From a plasmid, in NCBI RefSeq assembly GCF_054482595.1, contig NZ_JBTHVH010000001.1: DNA of 64,000 bases; one strand, given 5' to 3'. How positions within the stretch are numbered: position 1 is the first letter of the stretch; each line of letters starts with the position of its first letter. Positions 18,850 through 27,418 of the stretch are shown in pieces. The notes beneath the pieces are model-generated. The model saw only the letters and a list, made by a program, of their open reading frames with translations, was not told the origin of the DNA and ran no database searches. A program made the translations under genes and the position numbers.

Positions 18850-19964
18850 GAACATCGTTAGTTACCCGTGAAGAGATGATCGAGGCAATTGAACAGCACA
18901 CTGCCTGTATCAGTACCAGGGATATACCAGGCGTTATTGCCAACTACTTCATGATCACCAAACAACTTTACCGGAGAAAGGACAAGAACGCGGTTCACCG
19001 TATCCTGTTGTCTGATATCCGCGAATACCTGCTCGAACAGGGTCATCTGAATTACGCAACCGTCGCAGCCGAATCACGCAAGGAGGCACACAGAATGAAA
19101 GCAACTAACGTTAAATCAGAAAAAATTCATGCACCTTCAGTTCAGGAATCGGAGCTGGTGGTTGTTCAGAATCAGTCTGATGAAATTCCCGTTCTGGAAT
19201 GGCAGGGAGTGCGTGTAGTGACAACCGAGACTCTTGCTAGAGGGTATGGGACAGAAACAATCCGTATTCGCCAAAATCATCATGAGAACAAAGTACGCTT
19301 TGTTGAAGGGAAGCACTTTTTCAAAGTTGAAGGAGAATCATTGCGCGAGTTGAAGCACAGAGTAGCTTTAAACTACTCTGTAAAAATTGCTCGCAATGTT
19401 CGCTCACTCACCCTCTGGACAGAACGCGGCGCAGCCCGCCACGCTAAAATGCTCGAAACCGATCAGGCATGGGCATTCTTTGAAAAACTGGAAGACAGCT
19501 ACTTCCGACAAAAAGAACAGCAACCGATCGCAATCCCCCAAACATTACCAGAAGCCCTACGCCTGGCTGCCGAACTGGCTGAACAAAAGCAGCTTCTGGA
19601 ACAGAAAGCCCACCAGCTAAATCAGCAGCTGGTGGCCGCCGCTCCTAAGGTCGATTTTGCCGACCGGGTATCAGTAGCTAAAGGGATCCTGATTGGGAAT
19701 TTTGCAAAGGTTGTTGGACTTAAGCAAAACGCGCTGTTTGTCTGGTTACGGGAGAACGGCATCCTGATAGCGTCCGGTGGACGTAAAAATGTGCCGTTCC
19801 AGCAGTACATCAACGCGGGGTATTTCACGGTGAAAGAAGTGGTGCTGGATGATGAAGATGGCTACCAGATACGGTTGACGCCTCAATTAACGGGTAAAGG
19901 CCAGCAGTGGTTGACGCGTAAACTGCTCGATGCTGGCTTGTTAAAACCGGTGGCGGCTGAATAA
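18846..19964 (+). CDS. ant: antirepressor (central Rha/ORF6N-like domain, C-terminal KilAC-like domain)
   Basis: 372 aa; C-terminal FADRVSVAKGILIGNFAKVVGLKQNALF resembles KilAC/Ant C-terminal domain. Confidence 0.75.
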   Translation: MRTSLVTREEMIEAIEQHTACISTRDIPGVIANYFMITKQLYRRKDKNAVHRILLSDIREYLLEQGHLNYATVAAESRKEAHRMKATNVKSEKIHAPSVQESELVVVQNQSDEIPVLEWQGVRVVTTETLARGYGTETIRIRQNHHENKVRFVEGKHFFKVEGESLRELKHRVALNYSVKIARNVRSLTLWTERGAARHAKMLETDQAWAFFEKLEDSYFRQKEQQPIAIPQTLPEALRLAAELAEQKQLLEQKAHQLNQQLVAAAPKVDFADRVSVAKGILIGNFAKVVGLKQNALFVWLRENGILIASGGRKNVPFQQYINAGYFTVKEVVLDDEDGYQIRLTPQLTGKGQQWLTRKLLDAGLLKPVAAE

Positions 19965-19968
19965 TGGA

Positions 19969-19990
19969 AGAATGCCCGGTTGATGCCGGG
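19969..19990. terminator. palindromic hairpin between convergent ant and c1
   Basis: atgcccgg ttgatg ccgggcat perfect inverted repeat. Confidence 0.45.
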
Positions 19991-19996
19991 CATAAT

Positions 19997-20848
19997 TTAT
20001 TGCGCGCTTTCGGGGTTGTCGTTTACTGGCTGCCCCTTCTTGGTTTTACGGCTGCGCGTAACTGATGCGGCTGACTTAACCTTTTTCTCTTCGCGAGTGA
20101 TGGCAATTTGTTTTTTTACATTTTCAATATCTGCCAGGCGATATATTTTTGCTTGCGGCCAGCGGTCGCAGATGATCGGTTCTATGGAGTCATAAAGGCT
20201 AAATTTTGCTTTTTCGAATTCACCGTTGATGATAATTCCATCACGGAGAGTTTCATCGCAGATAAACACGCCACACAGTGGCACATGGTAACTAACTGAT
20301 TTACCATCATTGTAGTTAGGGCTACTGGAAATGTAGTGGACGCGCAGCATTGTTTCGCTAAAGCCGTGTACGCGCATACGGAATTTTTCATCCTCCGGGT
20401 ACTGCCTCATTAGCTCTTTTGTTGCTTCCAGGTTCTCTATGTATTTCGCACTGTGCTCATTGATCCCCGCGCTTTTTTGGATGCGAATGTCCTTATCAAT
20501 CAGATGAATAATGCGGCCAGCGGTCATGTTGACGCTGTTCACAGCTTCTGTCTGATAAGTTGTAACCTTGCGCACACCGCGAAGGATGTTAGGCACTGGA
20601 TATAAAATAGTCTTTGGGATATTGAGGTCTGGGTACTGTTCCAGTTCCCGCGCCATTAAAGTCCATTTATCAATTTCAGCCTGAATGCTGTCTGTTTCTT
20701 TGAACGGTAGAACGACAACCGGGCGTACAGGACGACCGTCGCTGGCGGCATCAACGTGTTGGGCGCGTGCAACAGCTTTTTTTAGAAAGAGATCCCTGAA
20801 GCTGACGAACTCCTGGTACAGTTGTTCGCCGTAGACATAATTTATCAT
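19997..20848 (-). CDS. c1: C1 master repressor
   Basis: 283 aa MINYVYGEQLYQEFVSFRDLF... matches recalled P1 C1. Confidence 0.9.
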   Translation of the reverse strand: MINYVYGEQLYQEFVSFRDLFLKKAVARAQHVDAASDGRPVRPVVVLPFKETDSIQAEIDKWTLMARELEQYPDLNIPKTILYPVPNILRGVRKVTTYQTEAVNSVNMTAGRIIHLIDKDIRIQKSAGINEHSAKYIENLEATKELMRQYPEDEKFRMRVHGFSETMLRVHYISSSPNYNDGKSVSYHVPLCGVFICDETLRDGIIINGEFEKAKFSLYDSIEPIICDRWPQAKIYRLADIENVKKQIAITREEKKVKSAASVTRSRKTKKGQPVNDNPESAQ

Positions 20849-20942
20849 TGATCCTCCTCCAGAATTGACATGGTCAATAACGCCCGGCTGAGAAAACCGG
20901 TCATTACTGACCTATATTATAGAGGGATCAAACAAAAATAAT

Positions 20943-20959
20943 AGATTTATTAGTGCATT
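20943..20959 (-). promoter_or_regulatory. weak C1 operator-like site
   Basis: agatttattagtgcatt, about 13/17 to reverse-complemented consensus. Confidence 0.35.
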
Positions 20960-21168
20960 TATTGTGAGTCTAACTGGTTAGTTGTCATGAGATATTCGAT
21001 TGTGTCAGTGAGGTCATCCAGGTCGTCTTGGGTGATGCGGTACTCCTGATTGGATATCTTTGAGTAGTGTTCAGCAATGGCGCGGGCAGCGTCGGTTTCG
21101 GCAGGGTCTACAGATAAAGCGTTAGAGCAATGTCTAACGTCGTCGATGGTTGGTTGAATGAAAGCCAT
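20959..21168 (-). CDS. coi: C1 inactivator
   Basis: 69-aa ORF directly upstream of c1 on same strand. Confidence 0.8.
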   Translation of the reverse strand: MAFIQPTIDDVRHCSNALSVDPAETDAARAIAEHYSKISNQEYRITQDDLDDLTDTIEYLMTTNQLDSQ

Positions 21169-21406
21169 AATTATGCCTCACTGTATTGACAACACAGAGC
21201 CCGAAGCTCTGACCTACTGTTTCACCCATGATCCATGCTGGGGTAATCTAACAACATTGCGCTGTGTGTAAGATGAGCAATGCATAGCTGTAATGCCGTT
21301 GTATAAGGTTTCCCTGTTTGCTCATTTCCTTCTGAGCCGCTCTACAACGCTGAAGACACATTAAATAGTGAATCCAAAGTCGTATTACGTAACGGCGGCA
21401 AAACTA

Positions 21407-21423
21407 TAATTTATTAGAGCAAT
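21407..21423 (-). promoter_or_regulatory. C1 operator (immC cluster)
   Basis: taatttattagagcaat, near-perfect reverse-complement of consensus. Confidence 0.6.
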
Positions 21424-21489
21424 TGTCAAACAACTATGAAAAACAATCCAGTTTTTAGCTGGTGGAGTGGGATTTTTCTCTCAAAATTT

Positions 21490-21506
21490 ATTGCTCTAAT
21501 AATTCT
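21490..21506 (+). promoter_or_regulatory. C1 operator (immC cluster)
   Basis: ATTGCTCTAATAATTCT. Confidence 0.65.
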
Positions 21507-21549
21507 TGATTTTTATGCGCAGCTGGACGTAAACTCCTCTTCGGATCTA

Positions 21550-21583
21550 ATAACTTCGTATAGCATACATTATACGAAGTTAT
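21550..21583 (+). other. loxP: loxP recombination site
   Basis: Exact ATAACTTCGTATA-GCATACAT-TATACGAAGTTAT. Confidence 0.98.
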
Positions 21584-21772
21584 ATTAAGGGTTATTGAAT
21601 ATGATCAATTTACCTGTAAATCCATACAGTTCAATACTGTAGCAGGTCAAATAGTGACCACTTGATCATTTGATCAAGGTTGCGCTACGTAAAATCTGTG
21701 AAAAATTGGCGGTGTTAGTCCTACAGATTTCGCGTAGCGCACTTAGCACCACCAATCAATCAGAGGTGAAAA

Positions 21773-21994
21773 ATGGGATATTCAACTGCTAAAGTGTCCA
21801 CTCATCTTGAGCTTGAGAAAAACCGTGGTTACTGGCGGGCAAAAGGGTTTGATCGTGATAGTTGCCAACTGTCATTATCGCGCGGTGAAGAGAAAATAGA
21901 ACGCACGCGCGGTCGCTGGCGTTTCTATGACGAGAACCATAAACAGGTAAAGGCAGAGCCGATCCTGTACACTTTACTTAAAACCATTATCTGA
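21773..21994 (+). CDS. hypothetical small ORF between loxP and cre (73 aa)
   Basis: GAGGTG SD upstream of ATG; may be chance ORF in cre promoter region. Confidence 0.3.
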   Translation: MGYSTAKVSTHLELEKNRGYWRAKGFDRDSCQLSLSRGEEKIERTRGRWRFYDENHKQVKAEPILYTLLKTII

Positions 21995-22001
21995 GTGTTA
22001 A

Positions 22002-23033
22002 ATGTCCAATTTACTGACCGTACACCAAAATTTGCCTGCATTACCGGTCGATGCAACGAGTGATGAGGTTCGCAAGAACCTGATGGACATGTTCAGGGAT
22101 CGCCAGGCGTTTTCTGAGCATACCTGGAAAATGCTTCTGTCCGTTTGCCGGTCGTGGGCGGCATGGTGCAAGTTGAATAACCGGAAATGGTTTCCCGCAG
22201 AACCTGAAGATGTTCGCGATTATCTTCTATATCTTCAGGCGCGCGGTCTGGCAGTAAAAACTATCCAGCAACATTTGGGCCAGCTAAACATGCTTCATCG
22301 TCGGTCCGGGCTGCCACGACCAAGTGACAGCAATGCTGTTTCACTGGTTATGCGGCGGATCCGAAAAGAAAACGTTGATGCCGGTGAACGTGCAAAACAG
22401 GCTCTAGCGTTCGAACGCACTGATTTCGACCAGGTTCGTTCACTCATGGAAAATAGCGATCGCTGCCAGGATATACGTAATCTGGCATTTCTGGGGATTG
22501 CTTATAACACCCTGTTACGTATAGCCGAAATTGCCAGGATCAGGGTTAAAGATATCTCACGTACTGACGGTGGGAGAATGTTAATCCATATTGGCAGAAC
22601 GAAAACGCTGGTTAGCACCGCAGGTGTAGAGAAGGCACTTAGCCTGGGGGTAACTAAACTAGTCGAGCGATGGATTTCTGTCTCTGGTGTGGCTGATGAT
22701 CCGAATAACTACTTGTTTTGCCGTGTCAGAAAAAATGGCGTAGCTGCGCCATCTGCCACCAGCCAGCTATCAACTCGCGCCCTGGAAGGGATTTTTGAAG
22801 CAACTCATCGATTGATTTACGGCGCTAAGGATGACTCTGGTCAGAGATACCTGGCCTGGTCTGGACACAGTGCCCGTGTCGGAGCCGCGCGAGATATGGC
22901 CCGCGCCGGAGTTTCAATACCGGAGATCATGCAAGCTGGTGGCTGGACCAACGTAAATATTGTCATGAACTATATCCGTAACCTGGATAGTGAAACAGGG
23001 GCAATGGTGCGCCTGCTGGAAGATGGCGATTAG
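22002..23033 (+). CDS. cre: Cre tyrosine recombinase
   Basis: 343-aa protein recognised as P1 Cre across its length. Confidence 0.98.
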   Translation: MSNLLTVHQNLPALPVDATSDEVRKNLMDMFRDRQAFSEHTWKMLLSVCRSWAAWCKLNNRKWFPAEPEDVRDYLLYLQARGLAVKTIQQHLGQLNMLHRRSGLPRPSDSNAVSLVMRRIRKENVDAGERAKQALAFERTDFDQVRSLMENSDRCQDIRNLAFLGIAYNTLLRIAEIARIRVKDISRTDGGRMLIHIGRTKTLVSTAGVEKALSLGVTKLVERWISVSGVADDPNNYLFCRVRKNGVAAPSATSQLSTRALEGIFEATHRLIYGAKDDSGQRYLAWSGHSARVGAARDMARAGVSIPEIMQAGGWTNVNIVMNYIRNLDSETGAMVRLLEDGD

Positions 23034-23050
23034 CCATTAACGCGTAAATG

Positions 23051-23067
23051 ATTGCTCTAATTCTTTG
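23051..23067 (+). promoter_or_regulatory. C1 operator-like site downstream of cre
   Basis: ATTGCTCTAATTCTTTG. Confidence 0.55.
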
Positions 23068-23083
23068 ATATTTATGGCGACAT

Positions 23084-23395
23084 ATGAGAAAGAATTTCAA
23101 CATCGACGGAAAATATGTAGTGCTGTCAGTGAGCACTAATATTCAGTCGCCAGCCGTCATTGTCACTGTAAAGCTGAGCGATAGAATGCCTGATATTGAC
23201 TCAATATCCGTTGCGTTCCCTGTCAGAAGTATGCGTAGTGCTGAACATTTCGTGATGAATGCCACCGAGGAAGAAGCACGGCGCGGTTTTGCTAAAGTGA
23301 TGTCTGAGTTTGGCGAATTTTTGGGGCACGTTGACAAAGCCCTCTCAATCAGTTCAGCAAGATCCAAAGCATTAACAGCTTCCATGATGAAATAA
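23084..23395 (+). CDS. hypothetical protein (103 aa), cre-adjacent
   Basis: ORF preceded by operator-like site. Confidence 0.5.
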   Translation: MRKNFNIDGKYVVLSVSTNIQSPAVIVTVKLSDRMPDIDSISVAFPVRSMRSAEHFVMNATEEEARRGFAKVMSEFGEFLGHVDKALSISSARSKALTASMMK

Positions 23396-23396
23396 A

Positions 23397-23420
23397 AAAA
23401 GCCTGGCAAGGAGCCAGGCT
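23397..23420 (-). terminator. terminator-like hairpin (minus-strand U-tract)
   Basis: gcctggc aagga gccaggc with A-run on plus strand (T-run on minus). Confidence 0.4.
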
Positions 23421-23526
23421 GCACAAAAGAGCGGGTTTGTATTCCGCATCCAATCAATCAAGAAGGAGTATAGCACACAGGTACTGACGTGAAAAAATAT
23501 GATTCGCGATAAACAAAATACCTATC

Positions 23527-23543
23527 ATTGCTCTAATTGAGCC
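23527..23543 (+). promoter_or_regulatory. C1 operator-like site
   Basis: ATTGCTCTAATTGAGCC. Confidence 0.45.
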
Positions 23544-23623
23544 GCAGTTTTTGTCAACTACGAAGACGTGGCCATTACCTACTCCTTTGAAATCATTGGC
23601 GACCATTAGGCCGCCTTTTTTAA

Positions 23624-24676
23624 TCATTCAGCCGCCACCGGTTTTAACAAGCCAGCATCAAGTAGCTTGCGAGTCAACCACTGCTGGCCTTTACCCGTTA
23701 ATTGGGGCGTCAGCCGTATCTGGTAGCCATTTTCATCATCCAGCACCACTTCTTTCACCGTGAAATACCCGGCGTTGATGTACTGTTGGCGCGGTACGTT
23801 TTTGCGCGCACCAAAAGCCATGAGAATGCCGTTCTGGCGCAACCATGAGAAAAGGGCGTTTTGCTTCAGTCCAACGACCTTTGCAAAGTTCCCGATCAGG
23901 ATTCCATTAGCCACTGATACCCGAACGGCAAAATCGACTTTAGGGGCTGCGGCCACCAGCTGCTGATTTAGCTGGTGGGCTTTCTGTTCCAGAAGTTGCT
24001 TTTGTTCAGCCAGCTCGGCAGCCAGGCGCAGAGCTTCGGGGAGTGTTTGGGGGAGCACTGGAGAAGCAGTGTTAGCCTGCTGCAATTCCTCCAGTTTGTC
24101 GATCAGCGAACGGCGGACCGCTTTTGACTCGCGCGCGGCAACTCGCAGGGCTTGTTTGTAGGTCATGGAGATAGTTTCAGATGTTGTGTTGTTTAATTTT
24201 TGCACTACGAAAATTTCGTAGTACTCACCATCCAGTTCATCCTTAACTCTGGCAATAAAATCATTATTGCGAACTGGTTTTTCGCTGCATAATTTCCGCG
24301 CTTCATTGACCATCTTCAACAATGTTTGGCTGTCTATTGTGTCGCCGCTGTTGGGGATAACATTCACGGCTGGTGCAGTTGTTCCCAAAGACTTCGTAAC
24401 TACAGCGTCTGGTTTGCTTGCTTTCATTCTGTGTGCCTCCTTGCGTGTTTCGGCTGCGACGGTTGCGTAATTCAGATGCCCCTGTTCGAGCAGGTATTCA
24501 CGGATATCGGTTAGCAGAATGCGGTGAACCGCGTGTTTGTCCTTTCTCCGGTAAAGTTGTTTGGTGATCATGAAGTAGTTGGCAATAACGCCTGGTATAT
24601 CCCTGGTACTGATACAGGCAGTGTGCTGTTCAATTGCCTCGATCATCTCTTCACGGGTGACTAATGACGTTCTCAT
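23624..24676 (-). CDS. antirepressor paralog with alternative central domain
   Basis: 350 aa; first ~85 aa and last ~110 aa nearly identical to 18846..19964 product, middle unrelated. Confidence 0.7.
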   Translation of the reverse strand: MRTSLVTREEMIEAIEQHTACISTRDIPGVIANYFMITKQLYRRKDKHAVHRILLTDIREYLLEQGHLNYATVAAETRKEAHRMKASKPDAVVTKSLGTTAPAVNVIPNSGDTIDSQTLLKMVNEARKLCSEKPVRNNDFIARVKDELDGEYYEIFVVQKLNNTTSETISMTYKQALRVAARESKAVRRSLIDKLEELQQANTASPVLPQTLPEALRLAAELAEQKQLLEQKAHQLNQQLVAAAPKVDFAVRVSVANGILIGNFAKVVGLKQNALFSWLRQNGILMAFGARKNVPRQQYINAGYFTVKEVVLDDENGYQIRLTPQLTGKGQQWLTRKLLDAGLLKPVAAE

Positions 24677-24894
24677 AGTCCCTCCTGAGCAGAAGCGTTA
24701 ACAGGGAGGCACCAGTAACTGAGAGAATTGCGCAAATCGGTAGAAAAGCGGGCAGAGAAAATACAGGGAGCATCCGGAAGCTGAGAACGTGCCTCATCTT
24801 CTGTTGGTGCGATAACGAAGTGATAGTGACGTTTCTGGCAGGAGTAAAAGCGCCAGATAAATTCAGGGCGTGCGCAAGGATTGGCATTAACCAT
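24673..24894 (-). CDS. Icd-like small protein, second copy (73 aa)
   Basis: Same architecture as 18628..18849; differs in first ~10 residues. Confidence 0.55.
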   Translation of the reverse strand: MVNANPCARPEFIWRFYSCQKRHYHFVIAPTEDEARSQLPDAPCIFSARFSTDLRNSLSYWCLPVNASAQEGL

Positions 24895-24899
24895 AGTTA

Positions 24900-25205
24900 C
24901 GGCCTCATGTACAGGTTTAACAACCTGCTATCCGCTGCTAAACGGGTGGCAGGACGTGACGGGGTTAGCAGACTGGCGTACATGAAACCAGCAGGCCGAA
25001 GCCTCCCCATCACGCCCCACCATAATTCGGGCGTAACGTGGTTTTACGGACACAAAAATACCGCAATATCGGATATCTGCGGTTGTCCGCATGTACATTC
25101 AGGCTGCTAAACCCGGTCGCAGAATTTGCTACGACGGCGGAACTATAAGCCTGAATGACAGGAAGATCAATAGTCTGGCGTTCAATGGTAGTATTTTTGC
25201 TCCAA
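24900..25205 (-). ncRNA. candidate c4-like antisense RNA region of second module (boundaries not resolved)
   Basis: Leader between operator and icd-like ORF; UUCG-loop hairpin gaggcttcggcct; sequence unrelated to forward-copy leader. Confidence 0.2.
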
Positions 25206-25211
25206 TAAATC

Positions 25212-25228
25212 AAATCTATTAGAGCAAT
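25212..25228 (-). promoter_or_regulatory. C1 operator-like site upstream of second icd/ant module
   Basis: aaatctattagagcaat. Confidence 0.6.
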
Positions 25229-25370
25229 AAATTATTATCCCAAGCTTTACAGTGCGCTGTAAAATTCAAACCTTCGGGTCAGTGGCGGAATCGTATTTCA
25301 CTCACGGAATGAGTATTATTAGTTTTGTCATACATAGCTAGGTAATGAATCACTTGAAGGAACTACGAAC

Positions 25371-26171
25371 ATGTCCGTGACCATTAGCGTCCTGCTGGAA
25401 AACAGACTTAAGCTTGGAGTTAAAAACTCGCTGCGTGCTAAAGCAGGACTTAGTCTGTTGATACAGGATGAAAACGATTCAATCCTGTTTGATACTGGGC
25501 CTGATGATAGCTTCATGTATAACGCAGGTTTAATGGGGGTCGATTTGACAAAACTGACCGCAGTTGTACTTTCCCATGGTCACTATGACCACTGCGGAGG
25601 TGTTCCGTGGATACCAGACACATGCAGGATAATATGCCATCCTATGGTGTCGGATGAGCGCTATTCGGCAATCAGGTTTTTAGGCTATACCGCCAGAATA
25701 AAAAAATTATCATTACATAATGATTTTTCACGTTTCCGCATGGAATACAGCAACACACCATTGCATATCAGTGAGCGTTTTATGTGGTCAGGAGAGATCC
25801 CTGTTGCCAGGCCACGCGCTTACGGTGTTATCGGGTGTAAGAATACGAAAGAAGATTACGTAAAAGATGAGGGGGTTTTAATTTATAAATCAGACTATGG
25901 GTTGATCATTTTTATCGGTTGTGGTCATTGCGGGGTAATTGATATTGTGCGCCACTGCCAAAATATAACCGGGATAAATCATATTCATGCAATTTTTGGT
26001 GGTCTTCATCTGCGCTGTGCGTCCCCTCTTATGCTCTGGAAGGTGAGACAGTTCTTACGCCTTCATAAACCAGATAAGATAATGGGGTGTCATTGTACTG
26101 GCAAATGGGGACGCTTGTGGTTACCGGAATCAACCTCTCCGGCAACAGGTGATGTTTATGTTCTTGGATAG
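25371..26171 (+). CDS. metallo-beta-lactamase-fold hydrolase (266 aa)
   Basis: HxHxDH motif SHGHYDHCGG preceded by ILFDTGPD; lower GC than backbone. Confidence 0.75.
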   Translation: MSVTISVLLENRLKLGVKNSLRAKAGLSLLIQDENDSILFDTGPDDSFMYNAGLMGVDLTKLTAVVLSHGHYDHCGGVPWIPDTCRIICHPMVSDERYSAIRFLGYTARIKKLSLHNDFSRFRMEYSNTPLHISERFMWSGEIPVARPRAYGVIGCKNTKEDYVKDEGVLIYKSDYGLIIFIGCGHCGVIDIVRHCQNITGINHIHAIFGGLHLRCASPLMLWKVRQFLRLHKPDKIMGCHCTGKWGRLWLPESTSPATGDVYVLG

Positions 26172-26488
26172 ACATGGTGCTGTTTCTGTTCATGTCGATT
26201 GTGTGGTTGGGGGCAAGAAAGAATTCACCTTGCTGAATAAGTCAGAGATGGAGTTGCTGGCTGACGCCTATGAGATGGCAAACGTCATGCACTAATAAAT
26301 ATATTATTTTTAATGATAAATGATTGACAACTGACAAGTGACTTCAGCCAGAATCATCACACGCCCGGTACGGATGGATCCCTTTTCAAATATTCCATGG
26401 ACGGCACAGTCTGAGTACCGGGCGCTACCTTCAGTTGTATGTATTGCTAAGCCGCCGCTGGTGGCTTTTCTTTTTTGTAGGGGGCGCT

Positions 26489-27130
26489 ATGGATAAGAAA
26501 ATATGCGTTGTTTCGATGAGCGTCGGCAAACCGGCGTCAATGACTGCTGCATGGATCAATAACGAGCTGATAATGGCTGAGCGGACCAGCTACCCTGAAC
26601 GCCGCCGCGATATGGAACTCCAGCTGCTGCGCGAATTGCGAGAAAAAGAGGAAAAGGGGTTTATCGTGCTGGTGGAAGAGGAAAACAGCTTTATTACTGG
26701 TCGAGTTGGCCAGCGTGTAAGGTTGCGCGATCCCTTCATGAACGGCAGGCCGGTACTAATTGAGGCAATGCAGATTTATAAGGAGTTGGAACGCCAGAAA
26801 GCAATCAAGTTACCGCGCAAGGAATCCGGCAAATACATCCTCCACCAAAGCATCTTCGATTCCGAACACGATAAAAAAGGCGATGAATTTTTCAACATCA
26901 ACTGGAGCGAAATAACGACAGAGCATGTTCTGACGTTACTATGTTGCTTTGCGACGGAATACAACAACGTTGCCAGCGCCGACTACATCAGGGCAATGGC
27001 TGGAGAAGTTGAGGCACGCCAGGAACCATCGTTACTAAGCCCTCTGATTAACATAATTCGCAGAACCCAAACACTGGCGCAAAAACAAGTACCACAAGGG
27101 GAATTGACGGGTAAAGGTAATTATCTCTGA
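26489..27130 (+). CDS. hypothetical protein (213 aa)
   Basis: ATG with AGGGGG SD inside ORF-track ORF 26435..27130; no recognisable motif. Confidence 0.55.
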   Translation: MDKKICVVSMSVGKPASMTAAWINNELIMAERTSYPERRRDMELQLLRELREKEEKGFIVLVEEENSFITGRVGQRVRLRDPFMNGRPVLIEAMQIYKELERQKAIKLPRKESGKYILHQSIFDSEHDKKGDEFFNINWSEITTEHVLTLLCCFATEYNNVASADYIRAMAGEVEARQEPSLLSPLINIIRRTQTLAQKQVPQGELTGKGNYL

Positions 27131-27169
27131 AAGATGCCCGGCGATAGACCGGGCAAAAGGGCGGAAAGT

Positions 27170-27418
27170 TTAATCAGCATTCAGGAGCAATGCGTTATCT
27201 ATGATGATCTGCTCCCATTCTTCGAATGCCCGATCGCGGACGCCCTGGGGAACACTGTTAGTTTTGAAATCGACGACCGTACGCCATTTCCCGTCCGGAC
27301 GGTACATGCGCAGAGCTTTACTTCCCCCTTCCCTGCGCACCTCAACGTTATGCTTGTCAGCAAACTCTTGTAATGCTCGTAACGTCCCATGCTTTACTGT
27401 GTAGTATCGCTTTTTCAA
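27170..27418 (-). CDS. lxc: Lxc/Bof-like C1 co-repressor modulator
   Basis: 82-aa ORF downstream of darB-ulx on same strand; assignment by size and synteny. Confidence 0.5.
   Translation of the reverse strand: MKKRYYTVKHGTLRALQEFADKHNVEVRREGGSKALRMYRPDGKWRTVVDFKTNSVPQGVRDRAFEEWEQIIIDNALLLNAD

Noticed and set aside
19387-19828. ORFs 19387..19620 (+) and 19622..19828 (-) inside the antirepressor gene, and mirror ORFs 23760..23966 and 24267..24514 in the second copy
   Set aside because: Internal or antisense to well-supported antirepressor ORFs; duplicated only because the host sequence is.
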